Assembly: GCF_013004595.1 (NCBI RefSeq)
Contig: NZ_JABEMC010000002.1
Location: forward strand, 1 to 64,000
Reading direction: 5' to 3'
Length of the DNA: 64,000 nt
Source: Brevibacterium luteolum
GTDB taxonomy: Bacteria; Actinomycetota; Actinomycetes; Actinomycetales; Brevibacteriaceae
A program made the position numbers and the translations under genes. This document shows positions 48,568-58,098 of this stretch, piece after piece; positions within the stretch are counted from its first letter, which is position 1, and every line of letters starts with the position of its first letter. Below the pieces are notes generated by a model. It ran no database searches and was not told where the DNA came from. It was given only the letters and a program-made list of their open reading frames with translations.

Positions 48568-49256
48568 CACCGACGGGCGTTGCTGAGCGCTTCTCCGACT
48601 GGTTCAGCGCTGAGTTTGCCGCTCTTGCCGAACTGACAGATGTCGTTGCGGCTGAGATCGCGGCCCGGGCGCGCGGCCACCGCCCGCACCTTGCCGACCT
48701 CCGGGAACTCGCGACTCTCTACCCGGAGTTCATTCTGCGATCCGAGACCGTCGCTGCGGCAGGTGCTCTGTTTGCGCCTGCATCAGTTGCAGGCGCAGAC
48801 CGTCTCCTGGAGTGGTGGGAGCGATCCGACGGCACGATCGCGAAGGTGAACTTCAACCTGCTGCCGAACACAACGTCCTACTACGACTATGAGCTCCGCG
48901 AGTACTTCGTTCTGCCGACGGCGCACGGCCGACGCAATATCCACGGACCGTTCGTCGACTTCCTCGGTCTCGATGAGTACATCATCACGCTCACCCTTCC
49001 TCTCACTGTGGATTCGGAACGCATCGGTGTCTCCGGTGCCGACTATCGATGCCGCGACCTCGATCTGCATATGCTTCCGATCCTGCGGAGCCTGGGCGCG
49101 CCGGCAGTTCTGCGCAACAGCGACTCCCGTGTGATAGTCGGGACCTCCGCGGAGTATCTGGTGGGCGAGCGCATGATCACGGTGCCGACCGATGCGCGCG
49201 TGTACGGAGTCCCGGTCTTCGACCGACACCTCGACCTCGTCGTTCTGACCGACTGA
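48564..49256 (+). CDS. Stand-alone Cache/PDC-domain protein
   Basis: LEWW, YYDYELREYF, GPFVDF and GVSGAD; no TM or output domain; ATGA overlap with gntR. Confidence 0.78.
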   Translation: MTPTGVAERFSDWFSAEFAALAELTDVVAAEIAARARGHRPHLADLRELATLYPEFILRSETVAAAGALFAPASVAGADRLLEWWERSDGTIAKVNFNLLPNTTSYYDYELREYFVLPTAHGRRNIHGPFVDFLGLDEYIITLTLPLTVDSERIGVSGADYRCRDLDLHMLPILRSLGAPAVLRNSDSRVIVGTSAEYLVGERMITVPTDARVYGVPVFDRHLDLVVLTD

Positions 49257-49270
49257 TCACCGTCCGCTCG

Positions 49271-50812
49271 TCAGACGTCTATGTGTTCTTCGACGCGCGG
49301 TGCGGGGTGACCAGAGTCTTGGAACGCAGCAGCCTGCGAGACGAACTCCCTGATGATCGCCGCGAAATCGTCATGGTTCCCGTCAGGGTCCTCAGGATGC
49401 CACTGCAGACCGAGAACCCACTGATCGGCCTCCAGCTCAGTCGCTTCGACGACGCCATCCTGCGCGAAGCCGACTGCCCGCAGTCCATCACCCAGCCTGT
49501 CGACGGCCTGGTGATGCCCTGACCGCACCGTGACGCCGCATCGTCCGAGGATCCTGTGGATGACCGAGCCATTCTCTAGGCGGACGTCCTCATCGAGGAA
49601 CATCGGCTCACCTGGTTCGCCGCGGTGCAGGTGCCCTGGCACCAGATCAGGGATCAGAGTTCCACCGAGAGCCACATTCAGCAGCTGCGATCCACGGCAG
49701 ACAGCCAGCAGCGGAGCTCCCCGCTGCAGGGTGTCGGTGATGCCGAGGATGCTGAAGACGTCGGCATCCCGATCGATGCCGTAGGAACCCTGGACAGTCC
49801 CGAGGCTGCCGCCGTACACCGTCGGATCCACATCCCCGCCACCCAGATAGAGCACCGCATCAGCCCGTGTGATGGAGTCGAGAGAGCGGGTCTGCGGATC
49901 GTTCGGGTCGATGATCGAGATCCTGGCTCCTGCCTCATTCAGGGCCGCAAGTGTGCTCGCAGTGAATCGCTGGACCAGTTCGAACATCTCCGCGGTGAAC
50001 CCTGGGAAGCTCAGAGGGACGACGACAGCGATGAGCGGCGCGTCCGGATCGGGTTGGGGTCCTGCGGGCATGACATCGGCAAGGGTGACAGCCCGGTGGC
50101 TTCCGTCCTTTCGCTGCAGGTCGGCGCGGCACTGGGCGACCAACCAGTCGAACAGACCTTGGTCGACGGGGTCGCTGTGGGCACGGTCCTCGGGGTGCCA
50201 CTGGACTGCAAGCAGCCGCGGCGCCTGAGTCTGCAGCGCTTCGATCGTTCCATCCGGGGCATAGGCCGTCGCTACCACGCCCGTGCCCAAGCGTCCGATT
50301 GCCTGATGGTGGTAGGACGAGACATCGACCTGCTGGCTGCCGAGAGCGGTGTGCAGGATGCTGCCCCGCTCTATCGACACCTGGTGCACGGTGCCGACAT
50401 GGTCCAGGCCGGTGGCGAGGTGTTGGATGAGGTCTCCGCCGCATGCGACGTTGACCAGCTGCATTCCGCGGCAGATCGCCAGCGTCGGGATGTCCCGTCG
50501 CATGGCCTCGCGGACGATCTCCAGGTCGTAGGAGTCCTGGAAGTCAGCATCTGTCAGAGTGAGGTCGTCGCCGGGTTCCTGACCGTAGAGTCGCGGATTG
50601 ATATCCGAGCCTCCCGGAATGATCAGACCGTCGAGGCCGGCCCAATGCGATTCGCTGGAAGGATCTCCGCCCGGGTAGAGGATGCGCGGTTCGCCCCCAG
50701 CTCGGAGCACGGCGTCGAGCACGGCTGCAGCGGCGGCAGTGCCTGCATAGCGGAGTCCATTCACGGTGGAGGAGACCATTCCCGTCACTCCGATGATCGG
50801 TCTGTGCATCAT
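49271..50812 (-). CDS. Tandem two-domain gamma-glutamyl hydrolase (PuuD / peptidase C26)
   Basis: Two full sets of GGxD, CRG, HHQA and QWHPE in one frame. Confidence 0.9.
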   Translation of the reverse strand: MMHRPIIGVTGMVSSTVNGLRYAGTAAAAAVLDAVLRAGGEPRILYPGGDPSSESHWAGLDGLIIPGGSDINPRLYGQEPGDDLTLTDADFQDSYDLEIVREAMRRDIPTLAICRGMQLVNVACGGDLIQHLATGLDHVGTVHQVSIERGSILHTALGSQQVDVSSYHHQAIGRLGTGVVATAYAPDGTIEALQTQAPRLLAVQWHPEDRAHSDPVDQGLFDWLVAQCRADLQRKDGSHRAVTLADVMPAGPQPDPDAPLIAVVVPLSFPGFTAEMFELVQRFTASTLAALNEAGARISIIDPNDPQTRSLDSITRADAVLYLGGGDVDPTVYGGSLGTVQGSYGIDRDADVFSILGITDTLQRGAPLLAVCRGSQLLNVALGGTLIPDLVPGHLHRGEPGEPMFLDEDVRLENGSVIHRILGRCGVTVRSGHHQAVDRLGDGLRAVGFAQDGVVEATELEADQWVLGLQWHPEDPDGNHDDFAAIIREFVSQAAAFQDSGHPAPRVEEHIDV

Positions 50813-51510
50813 CGCTCCTCGTCGAAGGGGTAGGGAAGGTCGGGCATCCATGTCGTCCAGGCGGCCTGCAGCGATCCGTCGGCCTGCGCGATCCGCAGCG
50901 CGTCGTTGATGTCGTTCAGCAGATCTGCATGCTCGTGCGCCACGCCGATTCCCCACGGATTGCGCGTCTGCACTGTGAAGGCGACATCGAAGCTGGGGTC
51001 GGCACCGAGTGGAACGGTGACGACGTCATCGTCGACGACTGCATCGACATCGCCTTCCTTCAGAGCCGTGAGCATATCGCCGAAGACGTCAGCGCTCGCA
51101 CCGAACCGACACAGCTCGGTGCCGCTGAAAGTCCGGGCGAGCTTCTCGTTCACGCTGTCTGCTATGGCCGCGATGCGGTAACCGGTCAGGTCCTGCGCGC
51201 TGCGAGCCGGATCGCCTGCCCGCACGAGCACCGTCTCGTTGAAGACGGCATATGGCACCGAGTAGCTCAGAAGCGCCTGCCGCTCCGGTGAGATCCCCTG
51301 ACCACACAGCACGGCATCCGAATCGCCGCGCCTGACGGCGGGGATCATCTCATCCCATGGCATGCACTGCCACTCGACCTGCCGGCCGAGAGCGCGTCCG
51401 ACCAACTGTGCGACATCAGGTTCGTAACCGTGCCGTGTCCCATCCGACTGTCGCGGTCCGAACAGCGGCGGAGCATCGGAGTCGATGCAGGCCAGGCGAA
51501 GCGGCGTCAT
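50809..51510 (-). CDS. Family-3 solute-binding-fold protein without signal peptide
   Basis: APPLF, GYEPDVA, WDEMIPAV, ITPER-like ISPER and GDVDAVV; no hydrophobic N-terminus. Confidence 0.85.
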   Translation of the reverse strand: MTPLRLACIDSDAPPLFGPRQSDGTRHGYEPDVAQLVGRALGRQVEWQCMPWDEMIPAVRRGDSDAVLCGQGISPERQALLSYSVPYAVFNETVLVRAGDPARSAQDLTGYRIAAIADSVNEKLARTFSGTELCRFGASADVFGDMLTALKEGDVDAVVDDDVVTVPLGADPSFDVAFTVQTRNPWGIGVAHEHADLLNDINDALRIAQADGSLQAAWTTWMPDLPYPFDEER

Positions 51511-52979
51511 GGCACCGTCTCCCAGTACTGATCGCGCTCCCAGTCAGTGATCGCCCCGCAGAAGCGCGCCCATTCGTCGCACTTCAGTTCGGCATAGTGA
51601 TCCACCAGCAGGTCGGGCAGGACGGAACGGACGAAGCCGCTGCGGTCGAACAGGCTGATGGCATCACCCAACGTCGTCGGAACGCGCGTTCCGGATGCTG
51701 CCTCCCGGTCCGCTGCCTGGTCAACAGGTTCGCCAGGATCGAGTTCGCCGTCCAGACCAGCTCGGTAGGCGCCGACGATGAGGGCATGGGACAGATAGGG
51801 GTTGACTGCGGAGTCCGGGACTCGGTATTCCATCCGTCCGATCGAGGAGATCCTCACCAGGCAGCTCCGATCGTCCAGCCCCCAGTTGACAACGTCAGGG
51901 GCGAACTGCCCGACATCCCAGAAGCGCTTGTAAGAGTTCACCGTCGAGGCCATGACGCCCATCATGTCGGCGGCATTCTCGATGATTCCGCCCATGAGCT
52001 GCTTGCCGATCGGGCTGATGTGCAGCTCACGGTTTCCGCGTTCGATGAGCAGGTTGTCGTCGTTCTCCCAGACGCTCAGGTTGTGATGGCAGCCGTTGCC
52101 CATCTGTCCCACATACGGCTTCGGCATGAAGCTGGCGGTGATGCCGAGCTCCCGCCCCACCTGGCGACAGATCTGTCGGTAGGTGACGAGTCTGTCAGCC
52201 GTCAGCTCGATGCGGTCGTAGTTCCAGTTGAGCTCCAGCTGCCCGTCGTCCTCGTAGTCTCCCTGAATCATGTCAAGGCCCATTGCCTGCCCGTAGCGGA
52301 TGAGCTTCTGGTAGACGGGACGCATGATCTCCAGGTTCTCAACCTGATAAGCAGGTGAGGCGCCGTCCTTCTTGATGACTTCGAGCCCCGCGCCTTCCCA
52401 CGACATCTCGGGCTCACAGCCGGAGCGGACATGGAACCCCGTATGGTCTTCGAATTCGGCGTGCACTCTCCGCATGGCGGCTCGGCTGTCCGTCGCGAGG
52501 GGGCGGCCGCCGACACCAGGGAGATGATTGGGTTCATACGCACTGCAGAAGACTCGCGCAACGGAGGTGTCCCACGGCAGCACCGTGAAGGTCTCAGGGT
52601 CCGGCAGAGCGACGAATTCCTGTGCTCCGACTCCGCCGCCGATCAAGGCTCCTGTTCGGGTGGTCTGCAGATCAGTCATCGAGGTGCGGTGCTGAAACAC
52701 ACCCGAGCGGAATGTCTTTCTGAAGTGCACTGCCGGCACCACCTTGGCTACGACACGGGACCCCAGAGTCGGGAGCTGATAGTAGATGTACTCCACGCCG
52801 TTCGCTCTGATGATCTCCTCGATCTCTGCGAGCACGGCCGGATCCGAGTTCGCTTCGGCATGCCGATCCAGTGCTGAGTTGTCAGTCAGATCGAAGGAGC
52901 GGCGAACGAACTGCTCGTTCATCATCGCGGCGGGCGCTGACGGGCCGAACGGTTCTACGTTGCGTGTCAGGACAGTCAT
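51507..52979 (-). CDS. Glutamine synthetase-like gamma-glutamyl-amine ligase
   Basis: EPE, GQLE, FMPKP, GNGCHHNLS, NSYKR and EYRVPD..NPYL. Confidence 0.9.
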   Translation of the reverse strand: MTVLTRNVEPFGPSAPAAMMNEQFVRRSFDLTDNSALDRHAEANSDPAVLAEIEEIIRANGVEYIYYQLPTLGSRVVAKVVPAVHFRKTFRSGVFQHRTSMTDLQTTRTGALIGGGVGAQEFVALPDPETFTVLPWDTSVARVFCSAYEPNHLPGVGGRPLATDSRAAMRRVHAEFEDHTGFHVRSGCEPEMSWEGAGLEVIKKDGASPAYQVENLEIMRPVYQKLIRYGQAMGLDMIQGDYEDDGQLELNWNYDRIELTADRLVTYRQICRQVGRELGITASFMPKPYVGQMGNGCHHNLSVWENDDNLLIERGNRELHISPIGKQLMGGIIENAADMMGVMASTVNSYKRFWDVGQFAPDVVNWGLDDRSCLVRISSIGRMEYRVPDSAVNPYLSHALIVGAYRAGLDGELDPGEPVDQAADREAASGTRVPTTLGDAISLFDRSGFVRSVLPDLLVDHYAELKCDEWARFCGAITDWERDQYWETVP

Positions 52980-52990
52980 AATAGGTCATC

Positions 52991-54232
52991 TCATTTCGTT
53001 GTCAGAAGTAGTGCGTCTGCGTCTTCAAGCTGACGCCGGTAGAACAGCTGCCGCTGGGGCGGAAGGCCGACAGTGAGGACGCCGACAGTGCGGCCGTCGC
53101 GCTGATAGGCAACTGCCGATCCATCCGCAACGGCATCGATCTGTCCTTCCAGAAACTCAGTGTCAAGATCTGCGCGGATGAGTCCATAGCCCTGTATCCG
53201 GATCTCGAAGAGATCCGACCAGAACGATGGCGGCACATGGGCCGGTGCGGACTCATCGCAGACCGCCAGATCTGCCAGCAGAGATCGGGCGGCGACCTTC
53301 GCCGTATCTGTTGGTGTGGACCAGTGCTCGACACGCCGGTCCGGAATGTCGTACTTCGGGTCAGGGAAGCGGGCGATATCCCCGACTGCGACCACGTTTC
53401 GCACGCCGCGGACGCGAAGAGATTCGTCACAGTGCACACCATCGGAGAGATCGAGCCCATTGCCCTGCAGCCACTCGACGTTGGGGGCAGAACCGATCGC
53501 CTGGATGATCACGTCGGTGGGCACAGTTCTCCCGCTCGAGAGCACCGCGGCGGCCACCCGCTGCGATCCGGCGCGTTCTTCGCACTCAAGCGCAGTGACC
53601 CGCTCTCCACCGATGAACGTCACCCCTCTGCTCTCGAGCACATTGCGGAAGGCAGCCGCCAGGCGAGGACCGACAACCCTTTCGAAGGGGCCTGTCGACC
53701 CCTCGATCACAGTGACGGAGCAGCCCAGCTGAGTGGCAGATGCGGCCGCCTCGCAGCCGATGAATCCGGCTCCGATCACAGTGACGTGCGGCCGGGGCTC
53801 TCGGTGCAGGTCTTCATACAGCCCCATCGAGTCCTCGCGCGTGCGAATGACATGCAGACCGACAGCACCCTCTGCCATCTCGAGTCGCCTGGGACGCAGG
53901 CCCGTTGCGATGACGAGCCCGCTGTAGGAGATCTCCTCACCATCGGAGAGAGTGATGCTCTGACCGTCCAGGTCTGCGCTCACAACGCGGGTGCCGAGGA
54001 TCCATTCGACATCGTGGACCGACTTCTTCAGCCGGAAAGCGAGCTTCTCATCAAGCACCTCACGATCGGACGGCTCCGCCGTCAGGAGATCCTTCGACAG
54101 CGGAGGCCGGTTGTACGGCATGTGCGGTTCTGCACCGATGACGATGATCCGCTGATCCCATCCTCCTGCGCGCAGCCGCTCGACTGCGCGCAGCCCGCCG
54201 AGAGATGCTCCGACCACGACGATGGGCGCCAT
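52991..54232 (-). CDS. Ferredoxin reductase (MorC-like)
   Basis: GASLGG, PYNRPPLSK, GAGFIGCE, AVGD, RVEHW and FWSD. Confidence 0.93.
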   Translation of the reverse strand: MAPIVVVGASLGGLRAVERLRAGGWDQRIIVIGAEPHMPYNRPPLSKDLLTAEPSDREVLDEKLAFRLKKSVHDVEWILGTRVVSADLDGQSITLSDGEEISYSGLVIATGLRPRRLEMAEGAVGLHVIRTREDSMGLYEDLHREPRPHVTVIGAGFIGCEAAASATQLGCSVTVIEGSTGPFERVVGPRLAAAFRNVLESRGVTFIGGERVTALECEERAGSQRVAAAVLSSGRTVPTDVIIQAIGSAPNVEWLQGNGLDLSDGVHCDESLRVRGVRNVVAVGDIARFPDPKYDIPDRRVEHWSTPTDTAKVAARSLLADLAVCDESAPAHVPPSFWSDLFEIRIQGYGLIRADLDTEFLEGQIDAVADGSAVAYQRDGRTVGVLTVGLPPQRQLFYRRQLEDADALLLTTK

Positions 54233-54233
54233 G

Positions 54234-54431
54234 TCAGTCTCCATCGGATTCCAGGAAGATCGCCTGGACTGGGCAGACATCGATGGCTTCCTCCACCTCG
54301 TCGAGCTGATCCTCGCTGAATTCCTCGGTGTACTGCAGCACTCCGTCATCGTCGAGCCGGAAGACATCCGGGGCGGCGATGGTGCACTGTCCGTGGTTCT
54401 CGCACAGGGTGCGGTCGACATTGACCTTCAT
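54234..54431 (-). CDS. P450-type ferredoxin (MorB-like)
   Basis: CENHGQC...CP motif in 65 aa. Confidence 0.93.
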   Translation of the reverse strand: MKVNVDRTLCENHGQCTIAAPDVFRLDDDGVLQYTEEFSEDQLDEVEEAIDVCPVQAIFLESDGD

Positions 54432-54455
54432 AGTTATTCTCCTTCTCTCTGTTGA

Positions 54456-55655
54456 TCAGCGCTTCTCGAACCTGATGGGCAGTCGAACCGGACCGGTGTT
54501 CCCCGAGTCCGGCAGCCATTCGTCAGCGCCGTTGATTCGCAGGTTCTTCATCCGACTGGCGAGCAGAGGCAGCGCTTCGGACATGTCGGCTCGTGCGACG
54601 AAGTGACCGAGGCAATGATGCATGCCGCCACCGAAGGCGTAGTGAGGCTTGTGCTCCGCCTGCAGGTCGATCTCCGGGTTCGGGAAGGCCCGCGGATCTG
54701 TGCCGGCGCTGTAGGTGAAGAGGTGAACGGTCGTCCCCTGCTCGATGGTCAGCCCCTGGAACTCGAAGTCGGTCTTCGCTTCACGCGTGACCCACGTGGT
54801 TGTCGGATTGGTGCGCATGACCTCCTCGACTGCCTTTCCGCCGAGTGACGGATCGGCAGCGAGCAGCTCCCACTGCTCGGGATTGCGGACGAAGGTCTGG
54901 ATGGCGAGTCCGAGCTGATTGCGAGTGGTGTCCATGCCGCCGAAGATGAGCAGCACCAGCGCGTTGCGCAGTTCTTCGTCCGTCAGTCGGTCCCCTCCGC
55001 GGTTGGCCTCAACGAGGCGAGTGACGAAGTCATCTCCTGGGTTGGCCTGTCGATCTGCAATGAGCTCTTCTGCGTATTCGTAGAGCTTGCCCAGTGCATC
55101 CTCGACCTGATCGATGTCCCGGTTGATGGTCACGCCGAGAGCGAGCCCGAGGGTCGATGCGAGCTTCGCGATGCGCGGCCACTCGGATTCCGGGATCCCC
55201 AGCATGATCGTCAGCACGCGAGTGGCATAGGGCTCAGCGAAGTCGGATACGAATTCGCAGTGCCCGCGTTCGATGAAGTCATCGATGAGTTCGTTGGCCA
55301 TCGCCTGGAACCTGGGTACAAGCCGTTTGATCAGCCTGGGTGAGAATGCAGGGTTCAGCAGCCTGCGGATCCGGTGATGGTCCTCCCCTTCAAGAACGAG
55401 CAGAGTCTTGGACCACCAGTCATGGAAGGCTCCACCGTGGACCCCATTGAGGTCAGGCCACTTCGCACTCCCCTGGATGAGGTTCGGACTCTTGAGCAGC
55501 TTGGAGACCTCGTCGTAGCGCAGTACCGCGATGCCATAGTTCGTCTGGGCGTACCAGCTCTGCTCCCGAGCGTCGCGCAGCTGCTCCGAATGCATGGCGA
55601 AGGTCGGCTCTGCCAGGTCGAGGTACGGGGGATCGTGCGTGAGAGCGGTCGTCAT
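54456..55655 (-). CDS. Cytochrome P450, CYP151-like (PipA/MorA)
   Basis: FGGGMHHCLG heme motif, GGMDTT and EEVMR; segments such as RRLLNPAFSP, VPRFQ, HFVARADMSEALPLLA and WLPDSGNTGP recalled as near-identical to mycobacterial PipA/MorA. Confidence 0.92.
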   Translation of the reverse strand: MTTALTHDPPYLDLAEPTFAMHSEQLRDAREQSWYAQTNYGIAVLRYDEVSKLLKSPNLIQGSAKWPDLNGVHGGAFHDWWSKTLLVLEGEDHHRIRRLLNPAFSPRLIKRLVPRFQAMANELIDDFIERGHCEFVSDFAEPYATRVLTIMLGIPESEWPRIAKLASTLGLALGVTINRDIDQVEDALGKLYEYAEELIADRQANPGDDFVTRLVEANRGGDRLTDEELRNALVLLIFGGMDTTRNQLGLAIQTFVRNPEQWELLAADPSLGGKAVEEVMRTNPTTTWVTREAKTDFEFQGLTIEQGTTVHLFTYSAGTDPRAFPNPEIDLQAEHKPHYAFGGGMHHCLGHFVARADMSEALPLLASRMKNLRINGADEWLPDSGNTGPVRLPIRFEKR

Positions 55656-57211
55656 TGTGCTTTCTCCTTTCGGACTGCGCCGTCGGAAGCCAGCGCGGTA
55701 GGTGTCTTCTGCATTGGATCGACATGAGCATCTCCGTGCGGAGTATCGCTCTTCAGATAGGGTTTCGCCGCCAGCATGTAGATCAGACCCGCTGTCACGA
55801 CGACGACACCGGAGATGAGGACAAGATAGTTCTCGTACCACGGAGCGCCCGGGGTGCGCGGCCAGACCATGTTGATGATCCCTGTTGCGCCCCAGCCGAG
55901 CGCCAGAAGGTTGGCGGGAAGTCCCCACTTGCCGAGAGTGAACGCACCGGCTGGCTTCCACCCCTTCAGACGCGCGCGGAGGGCCGCTATCACCACCATC
56001 TGGAATCCGAGGTAGATCCCGAGAGAGGCGAAGGAGATGATGGCGGTCAGAGCGTTCGTCGATACCCGCGACCCAAGAATGATGCCGGCCGGAACGAGGC
56101 CTGCAACGAGCAGCGCGAACGGAGGCACGTGCAGTCGATCGGAGAATCGTCCGAGGAGGCCGCTGAGCGGCAGCATGTGGTCACGAGCAAGGGAGTATCC
56201 CAGCCGGCTTGCTGCGGCCTGCAGGCTGAGGACGCAGGAGGCGAACGAAATGAGGACCACGAGAAGAACGATGCGGTAGCCGATCGGCCCGAACGCACTC
56301 AGGAGTGCGGCTCCTACGGGATCTGCCACATCACCGCGCACGACTGCGGCGATATCAGGTGTGGCGAGAATGAGGGACAGGCAGACGAACGTTGCGGCAG
56401 CTCCACCGACGTAGATCGTCATGCGCATGGCCTTGGGGATCTGCCTGCCGGGATTGGGAACCTCCTCGGCCACATCGCCGCATGCCTCGAAGCCGTAGTA
56501 CTGATAGACACCGATGAGACCGGCAGCAGCGAAGGCAGCGAAGTAGTTCCCGCCGAAGTTGTCAGCCGAACCGAATCCGTTGAACAGGACACCCAAGTCG
56601 TTATGGCGGGCGAACACAATCAAGCCGCCCCCGACGATCAGGGCCCCGCCGAGCTCAGCTATGAGACCGATGCTCGCTGCCAGGCTCACGACCTTGGTCC
56701 CGCCGAAGTTCAGCAGGGTGGCAATGGCGATCATTCCGAGTGCACAGGTGATGGTGGTCGACGGACCGGGCTCGAAGCCGAACAGAGCACCGAGGTACAT
56801 TCCCGAGCCGTAGGCGACCGAGGCGATGGTCACGAGGAGCGAGATGAGGTAGACCCATCCATTCATCCATGCCCAGCGGCGACCCCAGAGTCGCCGCGAC
56901 CACGGGTAGACGCCGCCTGACACTGGGAAGTTGGAGACGACCTCGCCGAAGACGAGTGCGACCATCATCTGGCCTACGGCGACGATGAGCAGCGACCAGA
57001 GCATCGGAGGCCCTGCTGATGCCAGAGAGACGGCGAATAGGGAGTACACGCCGACAACCGGTGAGAGATAGGTGAAGCCGAGCGAAACATTGCCGAAAAA
57101 GCTCATCTCGCGCTTGAACTGTTTGTCGTATGAGTAGCCCAGTGACGCAAGGTGAGCAGCGTCGGCATCGTGTTGGGTTGGCGTGTTCGTCGTTGAAGCA
57201 TCCGCACGCAT
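55652..57211 (-). CDS. APC-family amino acid/amine permease
   Basis: GFTYLSP, GGVYPW, YGFEACGDVAEE; many TM segments. Confidence 0.93.
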   Translation of the reverse strand: MRADASTTNTPTQHDADAAHLASLGYSYDKQFKREMSFFGNVSLGFTYLSPVVGVYSLFAVSLASAGPPMLWSLLIVAVGQMMVALVFGEVVSNFPVSGGVYPWSRRLWGRRWAWMNGWVYLISLLVTIASVAYGSGMYLGALFGFEPGPSTTITCALGMIAIATLLNFGGTKVVSLAASIGLIAELGGALIVGGGLIVFARHNDLGVLFNGFGSADNFGGNYFAAFAAAGLIGVYQYYGFEACGDVAEEVPNPGRQIPKAMRMTIYVGGAAATFVCLSLILATPDIAAVVRGDVADPVGAALLSAFGPIGYRIVLLVVLISFASCVLSLQAAASRLGYSLARDHMLPLSGLLGRFSDRLHVPPFALLVAGLVPAGIILGSRVSTNALTAIISFASLGIYLGFQMVVIAALRARLKGWKPAGAFTLGKWGLPANLLALGWGATGIINMVWPRTPGAPWYENYLVLISGVVVVTAGLIYMLAAKPYLKSDTPHGDAHVDPMQKTPTALASDGAVRKEKAQ

Positions 57212-57272
57212 GGTTCCACCTTCGGTTCGCGTCACGTGCATCGACTGTGATGCACGCAACTACCGTAAACCA

Positions 57273-57298
57273 TAAAACATCCTAGTTCAAAGGTTTTA
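57273..57298. promoter_or_regulatory. AT-rich dyad upstream of the P450 operon, candidate operator
   Basis: TAAAAC-N14-GTTTTA. Confidence 0.5.
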
Positions 57299-57599
57299 AC
57301 AAAAGTTGTTCATTGTGCCTGGTCAGAGAACTGCACCGCGCTCAACCACAGCTGCCTAGCAGAGACTCCCATCAGTGCGAGGCACCATCTGGAAGTCTCC
57401 GGCTCCGCATCACGGGACTCGCTCCCAGAGTTTCGCTCCATGCCGACAGTGCTGCAGCCGCTCCCTCGCGGCACCTTCGGCGCCGACCCGGCGCTCGCGG
57501 CCTCGTGCGGCCCCGGTATCTGGCGCCCCGCTTCACGCACCGCTGAGCGCCCCGGCCACCGTGCCGGTGCGCCGACGTTCAGGCATACAGCACAGCCGG

Positions 57600-58079
57600 T
57601 CAGCTGGTGGCGGAGTCGGACTCCTGGGCGATCTGCTCGCGGGCGGCGGGGTCGGATTCGCGCAGGAACCGCTCGATGCGCTGAGCTTCCTCACCTTCGC
57701 CGATGGTCGCTGCGGCCCGGCCGAGGGCGTAGAGGGAGCGGAGGAACCCGCGGTTCATCTCATGGGAGTACGGGATCGGTCCGGCACCGCGCCAGCCGGC
57801 CTGGCGCAGGGCGTCGAGACCGCGGTGGTAGCCGACGCGGGCGTAGGCGTACGAGTCGACGGTCCGGCCTTCGTCGTAGGCCTCATCGGCGAGCACGGCC
57901 CAGGCGAGGCAGCTGGCAGGCAGGTCGGTGACGACATCGGTGGCTTCTTCGCCGGCTGCCATCCGCTCGCGTGCTTCGGCGTCGGGGTGGTCTGCGGGAA
58001 GGAAGGTCGGCTGCGGGCCGATCTGGTCGGCGGACAGGTTGCCGATGTGCGAGGGATTTCCGAGCGGCTGGTTCATCAC
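57600..58079 (-). CDS. DUF3151-family protein
   Basis: YAYARVGYHRGLDALRQAGWRG.GP.PYSHE.NRGFLR. Confidence 0.92.
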   Translation of the reverse strand: MMNQPLGNPSHIGNLSADQIGPQPTFLPADHPDAEARERMAAGEEATDVVTDLPASCLAWAVLADEAYDEGRTVDSYAYARVGYHRGLDALRQAGWRGAGPIPYSHEMNRGFLRSLYALGRAAATIGEGEEAQRIERFLRESDPAAREQIAQESDSATS

Positions 58080-58098
58080 GTCTCCTGGTCTGGTCGCT

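Noticed and set aside
47626..57599. Mobile-element boundaries for the P450 block
   Set aside because: No integrase, transposase or flanking direct repeats found by eye, so it is not called a mobile element.
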